The notes under the pieces: generated by a model | Seen by the model: the letters and a program-made list of their open reading frames with translations, nothing else | The model's database searches: none | Told to the model about the DNA's origin: nothing | Made by a program: the position numbers and the translations under genes | Part shown: in pieces, positions 26,507 to 36,551 of the stretch | Position numbering within the stretch: the first letter of the stretch is position 1 | How the letters are laid out: each line of letters starts with the position of its first letter | Source: Patescibacteria group bacterium | GTDB taxonomy: Bacteria; Patescibacteriota; Minisyncoccia; Phycocordibacterales; PALSA-1337 | Assembly (NCBI GenBank): GCA_024654575.1 | Contig: JANLHG010000005.1 | Span: 1,260-65,259 of the forward strand | DNA: 64,000 bases | Direction: 5' to 3'

Positions 26507-27256
26507 TTACACACTGCAACTACCTGAACTCTGACGAAGTTGCGGTTGTGTGACTTGAGATACAATTTTAGCGTATCCTTGAGCACTAGAATAATTTGCG
26601 CCAAGAATTTCTTGTGGATTTACATTTTTCCATTCAACACCTTTATTTTTCATATAAGTTTTTATTACTGCGTAATTATCTGGAAACCAATTTGAATTCA
26701 TCGTTAAAGCATTTTTCCACATATCTTTTTCACTCATATCTTGTGACGCCATTAATTCAAGAAGTCCCAACATAGCCATACCATGATTACAATCAGGAAA
26801 ATGAGTAGAATTTCCACAACATGGTCGGTATATACCTAATGACATTTTATCTACTAATGCTTGTTGTTCCGGTGTTAAATTAAAAAACTTATGACGACTA
26901 TAATGATCCATCGGATTACCATGGGCTATTGTCCAACCAGCTGTAGAAGCAAAATTTTGTGCTCCTCCATATCTTTTATCCATCATCTCGCCAGATTCTA
27001 AAATTGGATTTTTACTAGCAAGACCAAGTGCCCAAAGCAAGTTGAGAATGGAATGATTATATGTAATATCAAATCTATCTGGATCAATCACTCCAACACT
27101 TATCATTTTTTCAGTAAGATCACCCCACCCTTCTATGATTTCTTCTTTAGTTTGAATATTTTGAATATTATCTGTACCTTTATAAAACATTGCTCCACCA
27201 ATAATAATTCCCGCAACAACTATAGCTAGCGGTACTTTTTTTATTTCTTTTTCCAT
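26507..27256 (-). CDS. hypothetical exported Cys/His-rich protein
   Basis: N-terminal TM; RPCCGNSTHFPDCNHGMA; C-terminal GSCSV. Confidence 0.8.
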   Translation of the reverse strand: MEKEIKKVPLAIVVAGIIIGGAMFYKGTDNIQNIQTKEEIIEGWGDLTEKMISVGVIDPDRFDITYNHSILNLLWALGLASKNPILESGEMMDKRYGGAQNFASTAGWTIAHGNPMDHYSRHKFFNLTPEQQALVDKMSLGIYRPCCGNSTHFPDCNHGMAMLGLLELMASQDMSEKDMWKNALTMNSNWFPDNYAVIKTYMKNKGVEWKNVNPQEILGANYSSAQGYAKIVSQVTQPQLRQSSGSCSV

Positions 27257-27262
27257 ATATTT

Positions 27263-27745
27263 TTATTCTTTACAACAATCAGCTAGCTTGGCGACTAAAT
27301 CCTCAAGCCGATTGGTGTCTTTAGATATTTTATTAATTTGTTTAACATTCACCAATTTAATCTTTAACGCCCAAAAAATAGAATAAATCTTATAAGCATC
27401 ATTAAACATTTCTTTGGCTTCTTTCTTTTTTCCTTCGGAATGCAATTTATTTCCAACCTCAATAAATCGCATTGTGGTAGAAAGGAGATGTTTTGAAGCA
27501 CACCATGTTTCTCCTTCGTGGTTCGGTATAAGTTTAATTAATAGTTCTTTACGCATCTTTCTTATCTCATCAGATGTATCTAGGTATTCATCCTTACCAG
27601 TTTTCATAGAAGTAAAAAAGAAATGTTCTTCAAGCGAAATCAGATTCATCACCGCCAAACTTAAATCCTCAGTAATTGATAGGTCAACACCACCTTCTTT
27701 TTTAGCTAATTCAATTTTCGTCATAAACTCTTCAAATGTTTTCAT
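27263..27745 (-). CDS. hypothetical helical protein with putative metal ligands
   Basis: LEEH, WCASKHL, C-terminal DCCKE. Confidence 0.8.
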   Translation of the reverse strand: MKTFEEFMTKIELAKKEGGVDLSITEDLSLAVMNLISLEEHFFFTSMKTGKDEYLDTSDEIRKMRKELLIKLIPNHEGETWCASKHLLSTTMRFIEVGNKLHSEGKKKEAKEMFNDAYKIYSIFWALKIKLVNVKQINKISKDTNRLEDLVAKLADCCKE

Positions 27746-27754
27746 ATTAATAAA

Positions 27755-28534
27755 TTAAATGAATAAAACTAAAATACCAATAATAACCATAGCGATACCT
27801 ACCCATAGGTGCACATCTTTCATATTCGCGTGTTTCCATTCTTTAACTTTTTCAATAAAAGCTGGATTAGAAGCAATCCAAAGAGTTGCTATAAGTGGAG
27901 TGATAAGAATGATGTTATAGAGAATAAGATAACCAAAACCACTAAAATATGTAGAATAATCATGAAGTAATCCAATGACCATTAAATACGGACCTCCCAT
28001 ACACGGAAATTGACAAAGGCCGACAAGTAAACCAAGAAAAAAAGCAGACGGAAGTGATACGATATTAATGAGTTTACCAATAGAACGATGTGCCACATCA
28101 GGGATTTTGAGCTTAATAGGAAACTTAGGAAAGAGAGCATTAAGTAAATTAAGTAATCCAAAAATAATCAACATACTTGCACCGAGCTTACCCATAAAAT
28201 GGGGAGTGTTGAAAATATGAAGTACTTTTAAGAGACCGATGCCTATAGTGAAATAAGCAAAGAAAATACCAGCAATATATAGACCGCCAATTTGAAGAAT
28301 TTTCTTACGCGTCAACTGTAAGCCAAACAAAAATGCAATAGTAATGAGTAGAATAGAAAAAGAACAAGGATGAACACTATCAAGAAGTGCAGAAAAAAAG
28401 ACCAGCGGTAAAAGCCATACACCTTGATCACTTACATTCCAAAGAAAGGTAGAAAAATTAGAGCTATATTTTAAGACTACAATTCCCAGAATTACTACAA
28501 GCACTACTACTATGCTGATGATATTTTTTTTCAT
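27755..28534 (-). CDS. cytochrome c biogenesis CcdA / DsbD-like membrane protein
   Basis: DSVHPCS and QFPCMGGPY paired Pro-Cys motifs; multi-TM. Confidence 0.85.
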   Translation of the reverse strand: MKKNIISIVVVLVVILGIVVLKYSSNFSTFLWNVSDQGVWLLPLVFFSALLDSVHPCSFSILLITIAFLFGLQLTRKKILQIGGLYIAGIFFAYFTIGIGLLKVLHIFNTPHFMGKLGASMLIIFGLLNLLNALFPKFPIKLKIPDVAHRSIGKLINIVSLPSAFFLGLLVGLCQFPCMGGPYLMVIGLLHDYSTYFSGFGYLILYNIILITPLIATLWIASNPAFIEKVKEWKHANMKDVHLWVGIAMVIIGILVLFI

Positions 28535-28539
28535 AATAT

Positions 28540-29040
28540 TTAAGGAGTAACTATGGCCTTGATTTCAAGTTGAAGTTCTCCACCGTTTTTATCAGTTAAA
28601 ATAACAACTCTATCAATCTGACCTACACCCGCTGGACCATGAGCATTTGGGTCATAAACAACGCGAATAATACGACTTTCACCAGTTTTGATAATTTCAT
28701 TTGCAGGGGGAACATAACCCATACCAGCCATACTAAATGGACCCTTAGTACTTCCATCTGGTCCAATAATAAACGCAGTTGTACACATACAAGAAGTCAA
28801 CACTGTGCTAATGGTGATATCTTCATTAGTCGGATTAGTCACGGTAAACTCTTTAGTAACATTTCCATTTTTCATAGAAATATTACCAAAATCATAAATT
28901 GTTTCTGTAGTAGTAATAAGGCTTTTAGAAACATTTGAAGATGAACTTGGCAATTTATTGCTGTTAGAATAACCCCAGACAAGAAGACCTATAAAAACAA
29001 AACAAGCAAGAATAGTAGCGATAACTGTTTGTGGTTTCAT
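28540..29040 (-). CDS. DUF1573-like Ig-fold exported protein
   Basis: YDFGNI, F-x-V-x-N, TSCMCT, DPNAHGPAG. Confidence 0.75.
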   Translation of the reverse strand: MKPQTVIATILACFVFIGLLVWGYSNSNKLPSSSSNVSKSLITTTETIYDFGNISMKNGNVTKEFTVTNPTNEDITISTVLTSCMCTTAFIIGPDGSTKGPFSMAGMGYVPPANEIIKTGESRIIRVVYDPNAHGPAGVGQIDRVVILTDKNGGELQLEIKAIVTP

Positions 29041-29099
29041 TTTGAAAATAATTACAAATTAATAATTAGAAATTACTAATAAAGGTAAAACATTTACTA

Positions 29100-29447
29100 C
29101 TATAAGTAAGATGGACTATTTTCAAAGAGGGAGAGCCAGCGAGTTATTTTTCTATTATAAGAACTAACAAATGGAGAACTATATAAAAATGAAGAATATA
29201 TAGAAATTAAAAAAACAAAAAAGACAAAAGTGGGTATAGAAATAGCAAAAATTATTATATTTACATTAATAAGAGTATTGAAAAATGTGTTATATGTGAA
29301 TATTTGCGTACAAAGTGATTTACCCATAGTAGAAAGTGGACAATCTACAGACATGCGTCCATCAGACCAGTGAGTCATCAAAGCAAAGCCAAAAACAGCT
29401 ACTCCGATAAAACTTATCAAAAACAATAATGAGATAAAATATTTCAC
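29100..29447 (-). CDS. hypothetical membrane protein
   Basis: TM, then DCPLSTMGKSLC, TM, and C-terminal RWLSLFENSPSYL. Confidence 0.65.
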   Translation of the reverse strand: MKYFISLLFLISFIGVAVFGFALMTHWSDGRMSVDCPLSTMGKSLCTQIFTYNTFFNTLINVNIIIFAISIPTFVFFVFLISIYSSFLYSSPFVSSYNRKITRWLSLFENSPSYL

Positions 29448-29451
29448 AGTT

Positions 29452-31764
29452 TTATAATTTCTTCAATCGCAATGAATTAGCGACGACACTGATACTACTA
29501 AAAGCCATAGCCGCTCCAGCAAAAATTGGATTAAGTAGGATTCCAAAAAATGGAAAAAGTGCTCCAGCTGCAACAGGTATAAAAGCGACATTATAGAAAA
29601 ATGCCCAAAAAAGATTCTGCTTTATTATTCGCATTGTTCTTTTAGAAATTTTTATTGTTTCAGGAATAAGCATTAAATCCCCTCTCATCAAAGTGATGTT
29701 TGCTGACTCCATTGCAATATCTGTACCTTCACCCATAGCAATGCCAATATTAGCTTGTGTCAAAGCTGGTGCATCATTAATACCATCACCTACCATTGCC
29801 ACAATTTTTCCTTGTCCCTGAAGCTCGCGTATCTTTTCTGTTTTTTTATCAGGCATCACCTCACTCATCACATTTTCTATCCCCACTTGATGAGCGATAG
29901 CGCGAGCGGTTCGATCGTTATCCCCAGTAAGCATCCAGACAATCACACCATTTTCTTTCAAAACTTTTACCGCTTTTATTGACTCGTCTTTAAGCACATC
30001 AGCAACAGCAAGTGCTCCTTTAATCTTTTTATTAACCACAAGAATCATTACTGTCTTACCCTCACTTTCAAGTTTTTGAATTTGGTTATCAAATGACGAT
30101 ATATCAAGTTCTATATCGAGCATAAGGGCTCTATTCCCCAAGTAAGCCTCGGTTTTTTTCCCTTCAATGTATAGAAAACCGCGCAAACCCTTTCCTGAAA
30201 TTGCTTTGAAATCTTCAAGTTTGTATAAATCTATTTTTTCTTTTTTCGCCTCATCTATAATCGCCTTATCAAGTGGATGTGATGATTTCTGGTCCAAACT
30301 AGCGGCATACTGTAAAATCGCTTTCGCTAAAGGATGTTCTGACCGCTGTTCGAGCGATACCGCGAAATTTAAGATTTCCTGTTTATCATCGCCATCAAAA
30401 GCCAAAATATTAGTTAATCGAGGTTTTCCTTCAGTAAGGGTTCCTGTTTTATCAAGCACAATAGTGTCAATCTTGTTTGCAATTTCAAGTGAAGATGCAT
30501 CTTTAATCAAGATCCCTCGACTAGCCGCACTACCAGAAGAAACCATGATGGCCATAGGAGTTGCTAATCCCAATGCACACGGACAAGCGATGATAAGAAC
30601 GGCAACGAAATTAATCAAAGCAAAAGAAAGAGCGGGAGCCGGTCCAAAGAAAAACCAAACCACGAAAGTCAAAATAGCGATTACAAACACCGCTGGCACA
30701 AAATAAGAAGAGATAAGGTCAGCGAGTCGCTGGATGGGTGCCTTGGAACCTTGAGCTTCTTCCACCATTTTAATTATTTGCGAGAGCACTGTGTCTTTTC
30801 CGATTTTTGTAGCTCTAAAAATAAATGTACCAGATAAATTAATAGTACTTCCAACAACCTTACTTCCTATAATCTTATGAACAGGCATTGACTCCCCAGT
30901 CACCATAGATTCATCAATTTCCGACTCCCCTTCTGTTATTTCTCCATCAACTGGAATCTTTTCTCCTGGACGAACGACTATAAAGTCTCCTACTTGCACT
31001 TCTGAAATAGCTATTTCAATTTCTTTTCCGTTCTTTAAGACCTTCGCAGTCTTAGGTTGTAAACCAATAAGCTTTTTAATAGCGTCCGAAGCTCTACCTT
31101 TCATCAAAATTTCAAAATATTTTCCCAGAAGAATCAAAACGATAATTATCGCTGAAGTATCAAAATAAAGCGCTGGCGTTATTCCCCCTTTTGCAAAAAA
31201 AGCCGGAAAAACGGTTACCGCCACACTATAAAAATACGCAGACAGTGTACCCACGGCTACCAAGGTATTCATATCGGCAGTACGATATTTTACCATCATC
31301 TTTAACCCACTATAAAATTGTGAGCCAACCCAAAACTGCACAGGTGTTGCAAGTAAAAGAAGTACCCAGCTACTATTTAGAATTTTTGGAACAAAAGAAA
31401 ACAGGTTAGCAAAACTACCTAAAAATATAAACACAGAAAGGATGCCCCCGATGATGAGTTTGCGTTTCAATACATCCACCTTTTCTTCTTCCATCATTTT
31501 CATATGGTCGTGCGGAGCACTCATATCCATACCAGGCATTTTTATTTCTTCTTTTTTAGCTATGAGTTTATACCCCGCTCCATCAACCGCTTTTTCCAAA
31601 TCGGATTCAGAAATGACATTTTCGTCAAATTCAACCAAGGCCGACTCGGAAGCAAAATTGACTGAAGCCGAATGCACGCCTGCGGTTTTGGATAGCACTT
31701 TCTCAATAGTCGCGACACAACTCGCACAATGCATCCCGCCAATTTTATATGTTTCTTTTTTCAT
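29452..31764 (-). CDS. copA: copper-translocating P1B-type ATPase
   Basis: GMHCASC HMA domain, [31 protein letters not shown] and MAFSS. Confidence 0.95.
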   Translation of the reverse strand: MKKETYKIGGMHCASCVATIEKVLSKTAGVHSASVNFASESALVEFDENVISESDLEKAVDGAGYKLIAKKEEIKMPGMDMSAPHDHMKMMEEEKVDVLKRKLIIGGILSVFIFLGSFANLFSFVPKILNSSWVLLLLATPVQFWVGSQFYSGLKMMVKYRTADMNTLVAVGTLSAYFYSVAVTVFPAFFAKGGITPALYFDTSAIIIVLILLGKYFEILMKGRASDAIKKLIGLQPKTAKVLKNGKEIEIAISEVQVGDFIVVRPGEKIPVDGEITEGESEIDESMVTGESMPVHKIIGSKVVGSTINLSGTFIFRATKIGKDTVLSQIIKMVEEAQGSKAPIQRLADLISSYFVPAVFVIAILTFVVWFFFGPAPALSFALINFVAVLIIACPCALGLATPMAIMVSSGSAASRGILIKDASSLEIANKIDTIVLDKTGTLTEGKPRLTNILAFDGDDKQEILNFAVSLEQRSEHPLAKAILQYAASLDQKSSHPLDKAIIDEAKKEKIDLYKLEDFKAISGKGLRGFLYIEGKKTEAYLGNRALMLDIELDISSFDNQIQKLESEGKTVMILVVNKKIKGALAVADVLKDESIKAVKVLKENGVIVWMLTGDNDRTARAIAHQVGIENVMSEVMPDKKTEKIRELQGQGKIVAMVGDGINDAPALTQANIGIAMGEGTDIAMESANITLMRGDLMLIPETIKISKRTMRIIKQNLFWAFFYNVAFIPVAAGALFPFFGILLNPIFAGAAMAFSSISVVANSLRLKKL

Positions 31765-31997
31765 TAACTTAAATCCTTTTTCTTTTCTTCAAATTCTTCC
31801 TTACTAATTTCGCTTTTTGCATATCTCTCTTTTAAGATTTCAATTGCGTGGTGATGTGGATGTTTAGAATGTTTACCAGAGATTTCTCTAACGATCCAAA
31901 CAATAAGAGAAATGAAAAGAGCCCAAAAAACAATCATCATCAGTCCTCCGACTATATGATATCCCCAACCATAAGTGTTATATATTCCATACATCAT
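31764..31997 (-). CDS. SHOCT domain membrane protein
   Basis: TM, His-rich linker, [24 protein letters not shown]. Confidence 0.88.
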   Translation of the reverse strand: MMYGIYNTYGWGYHIVGGLMMIVFWALFISLIVWIVREISGKHSKHPHHHAIEILKERYAKSEISKEEFEEKKKDLS

Positions 31998-32027
31998 AGT
32001 ATTTTTTAGTTAATTAATAATAGTTAA

Positions 32028-32588
32028 TTATACCTCTTTTTCTGTAAATACTACAAGTCGGTTAGGATAACTTCCATTCTGTGGATTCCATTTACCATCA
32101 CAAGTAATTAGATTGAGGCGATAAGCCGTAGTAGGCCCAAATACTTCATCGCTAATAACCTTTGAATTGTACGAAGTACTTTTTACAACTTTGAACCGTA
32201 TAATACTTTTGTCGTTATTTTCAATAATTACTTCATCTCCTATTTTTAGTTTATTAAGTTTATAAAAAACTGCAGGCAAACCAAACATATTATCATAATG
32301 TCCAGCAATAACAGCATTGCCTATAGTACCGGGTCTAGCACCGAGTTTATACCACGAAACAATATTTGTTCGAGATGGCACCTCCATTGTACCGTCTTCT
32401 GCAACACTCATAGATTCCACCGTAGTTTTGATGCCGATAGAAGGAATACTTAAATACACGGGATAGATATCTTTTTCAATAATATGCACAATTCGAACTG
32501 GGCTAGGCATGTATACAATGGTTAGATTGATAATAATCCCAGTATACAAAATCAAAAATATTAAACGAAGTATAATTTTCCTAAACAT
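32028..32588 (-). CDS. class F sortase
   Basis: LSIPSIGI, PGTIGNAVIAGH, LNLITC, RLVV catalytic His/Cys/Arg pattern. Confidence 0.9.
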   Translation of the reverse strand: MFRKIILRLIFLILYTGIIINLTIVYMPSPVRIVHIIEKDIYPVYLSIPSIGIKTTVESMSVAEDGTMEVPSRTNIVSWYKLGARPGTIGNAVIAGHYDNMFGLPAVFYKLNKLKIGDEVIIENNDKSIIRFKVVKSTSYNSKVISDEVFGPTTAYRLNLITCDGKWNPQNGSYPNRLVVFTEKEV

Positions 32589-33277
32589 ACAATTAAAATT
32601 ACAATAAGAATACCATTTATAATTCCATATATATCTATAGTTCTACCAGTAATAGGAAAGGAAGGGAGAGGGATAATTGTAGGAGGAGTAACACTAGCTA
32701 CTGTTACAGTTATAACTGGTGGAGGGGTATAAAGTGGATGATGTCTACTTCCACTAGAATTAAGTGTTGGTGGAGAAGAAGGTGGAGTTGGCGGTGGAGG
32801 AATTACTACAGGAGAAGTAATGATTGTCACATTAACACCTTGATTACCTCCCCCTTGACTATCAGTATCATTTTGATGAATTGTTCCAATATTATCTGCA
32901 GTGGCCGTCAAAGTACCGTCAGTTTTGACATCTTCAGTTCGTGCTACATAAGTAACAATATTGGAATAGAAGTCTAGTTGACCATTTGAAAGAGATGTTC
33001 GTGTGAGCGAAACAGAATGATTTTGACCATCTGGTGTAGTAATAGAAGCTTGAATATCAGTCGCATCACAAACCACTGGTCCAATGCCTGTACCGTTAAA
33101 AATATCTAAACTATAAGAAATAATATCCCCTATATAGGCTTGGGGGCTATTTGTGGATAAATTTATACCTAAACCGCTACCAGAACAGTCATCTGGGCTT
33201 CTATGCGCTGATACTGGACTAACCCATAATATTAATAGTACTACAGTAATTATGCCTATTTGATGGATTTTCTTCAT
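32561..33277 (-). CDS. secreted Pro-rich protein with an LPxTG-like sorting signal (FPITG)
   Basis: Signal peptide, beta-rich domain, Pro-rich linker, FPITG, C-terminal TM. Confidence 0.75.
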   Translation of the reverse strand: MKKIHQIGIITVVLLILWVSPVSAHRSPDDCSGSGLGINLSTNSPQAYIGDIISYSLDIFNGTGIGPVVCDATDIQASITTPDGQNHSVSLTRTSLSNGQLDFYSNIVTYVARTEDVKTDGTLTATADNIGTIHQNDTDSQGGGNQGVNVTIITSPVVIPPPPTPPSSPPTLNSSGSRHHPLYTPPPVITVTVASVTPPTIIPLPSFPITGRTIDIYGIINGILIVILIVCLGKLYFV

Positions 33278-33382
33278 ATTCAGAGCATATACCCCTTATT
33301 GACAAATAGCTACTATTTAGACAAATAGTTTAGAAATCTCAAAATATGCTATAATTATAAATTATTATTTAATCTATTTTTT

Positions 33383-33760
33383 ATGAGTACAAATAAACAA
33401 GAAAATACGATCATTGCTACTTCGGCACTTCTTACATCTGTCGCGATTATGCATTTTTTGAGAGTTGTTTTTGATTTAGATTTAATTATTAATGGAGTAA
33501 ATATTGCAATGTGGGTAAGTTATTTAGCAGTTATCGGTACAGGATTTCTTGCAATTTTAGATTTTGAAACCTTAAGAAAAAGTAGGATTGTTTGGACAAA
33601 ATTCATTATGTCACTTTTTGTGATAGATGCTGTTATAGTATTTTATTCTTGGATTAGTAATTTAAATTATTGGGGTATTTCTCATGATGGGTTTGGTCTG
33701 ATATTAATTTTTGATATCATTGTGGTTATCTTATTGTTATCGCGAATTAAAAAGAATTAA
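33383..33760 (+). CDS. hypothetical 4-TM membrane protein
   Basis: 125-aa hydrophobic ORF. Confidence 0.75.
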   Translation: MSTNKQENTIIATSALLTSVAIMHFLRVVFDLDLIINGVNIAMWVSYLAVIGTGFLAILDFETLRKSRIVWTKFIMSLFVIDAVIVFYSWISNLNYWGISHDGFGLILIFDIIVVILLLSRIKKN

Positions 33761-33789
33761 AAAAACCAAACACTCGGTGTTTGGTTTTG
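33761..33789. terminator. bidirectional intrinsic terminator
   Basis: AAAACCAAACAC-TCG-GTGTTTGGTTTT. Confidence 0.8.
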
Positions 33790-33813
33790 TGATTTGTGTG
33801 TTCTAGTTTCGTC

Positions 33814-34914
33814 TCAACCAACAAGTTTCCATAGAAGCTCAGTTCCTCCTTTGAAGACTTGGACTTCTCCGACTTTCTGCGGAACGACAAGCGCCCCGCG
33901 TTCGATCGTCATCATCTCCGAGCTCACTTCCATGCCATAAAGCGCGAGGAAGTTTTCGGAAAGGAACGGACCGAGATGTTCGAGTGCGTTGTCCTGGTCG
34001 AAGGTCATCGTGTAGAGCTCAACGGCCGAGGGAGCGGTGAAGATGCCAGCCGCACAGCCATAGCAGCGAGACTTTGCACTTTCATCGTGAGGAGCGGAAT
34101 CCGTTCCTGCTCCGAAGCGACGATTACCCGAAGTCACATACTGCCGGACTTTTGCACGATGCGTTTCGCGCTTCGGCACAGGCTTGCAGTAGTGGCCAGG
34201 ATTCATCCCACCCCAGAACATGGCGTTGCGATTAATCATCAGATGATGAGCAGTCACAGTCGCATGGATATCGTGATCGACTTCTGCGACGAAGTCGGCC
34301 GCTCGTCCATCGGTGAGATGTTCGAAGACCACCGGCAATCCTGGAAAGGACTTGAGGATGGGCTTGAGGTCGCGGTCCACGGAAACGCTCTCGCGATCGA
34401 ATTCGTCGACATCTTCCTCGACTGCTTCGAAGTGTCCAAGCAATGGGATTTTGTGTTTCTCCATCACCTCGAACACCGGATAGCGACCAAGAAGATTCTT
34501 CACGCCGTGCGCCGAGCCAGTGGTGCCACCCTGGCCTTTTTGATTGGCCATGTAGAGCTTCACCGCTCGCCAAACACCTTCTTCGAAACCGCGCACGACT
34601 TCTTCAGGATCGATATGATCCGTCAGATACAGCGTCATGCAAGGCACGAAGTCGTAATCCTTCTTCCAATACCATTCTTGTCCTTTCGGAGCATTAGTAT
34701 TGAAGCGTAAACTCGTCATAACTTGTTCGATCTCTTTACGGTAATCTTTCGCTTTTTCAATCGTCGTTACCGGGTCAGCAAGGTTTGGCATGATAATCGC
34801 CCCCGTTGCATGCTGTTTGAGTGTACACGGAAGAACGGTCTTGAGCATATCACCACTTCGAAGGTGAAGATGACGGTCAAACCATCGAGGTATTGTTACC
34901 GAGTTTTCTTTCAT
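33814..34914 (-). CDS. pyrC: dihydroorotase (homodimeric, E. coli-type)
   Basis: DRHLHLR, IMPNL, MTLYLT, AVKLY, FEHLT, TAHHL, CKPVPK, GTDSAPH. Start placed at the ATGA overlap with the pyrD stop. Confidence 0.92.
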   Translation of the reverse strand: MKENSVTIPRWFDRHLHLRSGDMLKTVLPCTLKQHATGAIIMPNLADPVTTIEKAKDYRKEIEQVMTSLRFNTNAPKGQEWYWKKDYDFVPCMTLYLTDHIDPEEVVRGFEEGVWRAVKLYMANQKGQGGTTGSAHGVKNLLGRYPVFEVMEKHKIPLLGHFEAVEEDVDEFDRESVSVDRDLKPILKSFPGLPVVFEHLTDGRAADFVAEVDHDIHATVTAHHLMINRNAMFWGGMNPGHYCKPVPKRETHRAKVRQYVTSGNRRFGAGTDSAPHDESAKSRCYGCAAGIFTAPSAVELYTMTFDQDNALEHLGPFLSENFLALYGMEVSSEMMTIERGALVVPQKVGEVQVFKGGTELLWKLVG

Positions 34915-35780
34915 GAGTTTTCCTTTTTGATAAACGATGTGGGTTTCCACGGAGTCCGCAGATGAATTGCACCGAAGCCGATCGCTTTCGCGCCGAGCCT
35001 CCTAAGCTTTTCCATGTCTTCGAATTCCATGATACTTGGACCGATCACAGGAAGCGATCCTTGTTTAGCGAGAGCTTCGACTGCCGCCCAGTTGTGTTTC
35101 TGTGCCGGTTTGCCGGAGACGCCTCCGCCTCCACCACCGACTTGTTTTTCGAGCTTCGCTAAAGGGGTCTGCCCGCTGTTAGTAAAGACCGTCTTCCACG
35201 GCACGCTGTTGAGGGAAACCGCTTCCGCGATTCCGACAAGTCCGCGTGCAATAGTGAGATAGTCCTGATCAGCCGAGACTTTGACGATTACGGGGTGACG
35301 CGAAGCGCGTTTGACCGCCTTCACACTATTCACCACCATTTCTGCCTGTTCGATTGCATGGCCAGTATTCGGACACGAGACGTTGACTTCAAGCGCAACG
35401 ATATCGAAGCGATTGAGCATCTCCGCCATTTCCACCAGTTCCTTTTCATCGCCGAAAATTGATCCGGCTGTTGGGAACTTTTTGAAATCGAGTTTGGGAC
35501 CGACTTCTCGGCACCACCACTCGACACCAGGATTAGTGAGCCCAACTTTATTGACCGCTCCGCCTGGAATCAGGCGAACGCAGGTCCAAGGCTTCCACCA
35601 TCGTAGGTTTCCGATACGCGGGTTGCGCGTCAGAGATTTGATGACTACAGTGAAGAGTTCGGGCTTGATGAGACCGAGCCACACCAGTGGCCGTTCCCAA
35701 GGCCAGCCCTTGCCATCAAAGGCAAGAGCGCCGCTTGCAACCATGTATTTGAACGCATGTCCGTTTGATAATGTGATCAT
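34911..35780 (-). CDS. pyrD: dihydroorotate dehydrogenase-like flavoprotein (class 1-like)
   Basis: ASG, NKVGLTNPG, EVNVSCPN, IVKV, GGVSG motifs; adjacent to pyrC. Confidence 0.8.
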   Translation of the reverse strand: MITLSNGHAFKYMVASGALAFDGKGWPWERPLVWLGLIKPELFTVVIKSLTRNPRIGNLRWWKPWTCVRLIPGGAVNKVGLTNPGVEWWCREVGPKLDFKKFPTAGSIFGDEKELVEMAEMLNRFDIVALEVNVSCPNTGHAIEQAEMVVNSVKAVKRASRHPVIVKVSADQDYLTIARGLVGIAEAVSLNSVPWKTVFTNSGQTPLAKLEKQVGGGGGGVSGKPAQKHNWAAVEALAKQGSLPVIGPSIMEFEDMEKLRRLGAKAIGFGAIHLRTPWKPTSFIKKENS

Positions 35781-35879
35781 AGGATCTCCGTTTGTTGATC
35801 GTTTTAAATGTTCATTTCCATTCTGACATTACCTTATCTCAAAGTTATTTAATAGTAAAGATATGTTATAATGACCTAT

Positions 35880-36224
35880 ATGAAAAAAATACTAATTACT
35901 ATTTTTGTTTTAATTGTTATTTGTGCAATATGGTTTTTTATACGAACTCCATCACCTGTCTTAAATATTCAAGATGCTTCAGCTACTGTAAACATAAAAA
36001 GCTTCGCTTTCAGTCCTTCACAGGTAAACATTAAAGTTGGAGATAAAGTTGTGTGGACGAATTTAGACAGTGCCCCTCACGATGTTACATTTGAAAATGG
36101 TGAGCAATCAAAAACATTAGCTCAAGGTGAAAGTTTTGATACGGTGTTCAACGAACCAGGAACTTATCCATATATTTGTAGTATCCATCCTTCAATGAAA
36201 GGAACTGTTATAGTGTCAAACTAA
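35880..36224 (+). CDS. cupredoxin (plastocyanin/amicyanin-like)
   Basis: AFSP, WTNLDSAPHDV, YICSIHPSMKG type-1 Cu ligands. Confidence 0.92.
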   Translation: MKKILITIFVLIVICAIWFFIRTPSPVLNIQDASATVNIKSFAFSPSQVNIKVGDKVVWTNLDSAPHDVTFENGEQSKTLAQGESFDTVFNEPGTYPYICSIHPSMKGTVIVSN

Positions 36225-36282
36225 TATAATATATTAAATACATAATAGTTACATTGTCAATGTTGCATATATTTATCAATTT

Positions 36283-36297
36283 TGTACAATATGTACA
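36283..36297. promoter_or_regulatory. TA operator (two TGTACA palindromes over the -10)
   Basis: TGTACA-ATA-TGTACA immediately upstream of the antitoxin ATG. Confidence 0.55.
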
Positions 36298-36299
36298 TT

Positions 36300-36551
36300 A
36301 TGAAAGTCGTTACAACAACCACAGCTCGCAAAAATATTGGTAATATGATTAATCGAGTAAAATACTCAGGTGAAGTTTTTGGTATTGGTCGTCGTAATTC
36401 TATTGATGCATTACTTATTAAATTTCCAAACACATATAATAAAGAACTTAATGACATCACTAATGTAAACGCCAATTCAGGAAGTTTTGATTTTTTAGCT
36501 GATGAACCAGAAATTTATTCAGTAGCCGATCTTCGTAAAAAGTATGTCTAA
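36300..36551 (+). CDS. Phd/YefM-like antitoxin
   Basis: MKVVTTTTARKNIGNMINRV N-terminus; acidic C-terminus; overlaps the toxin. Confidence 0.75.
   Translation: MKVVTTTTARKNIGNMINRVKYSGEVFGIGRRNSIDALLIKFPNTYNKELNDITNVNANSGSFDFLADEPEIYSVADLRKKYV

Noticed and set aside
33859-34710. 283-aa plus-strand ORF and other ORFs overlapping pyrC/pyrD
   Set aside because: Antisense shadows expected in GC-rich coding DNA; no motifs.
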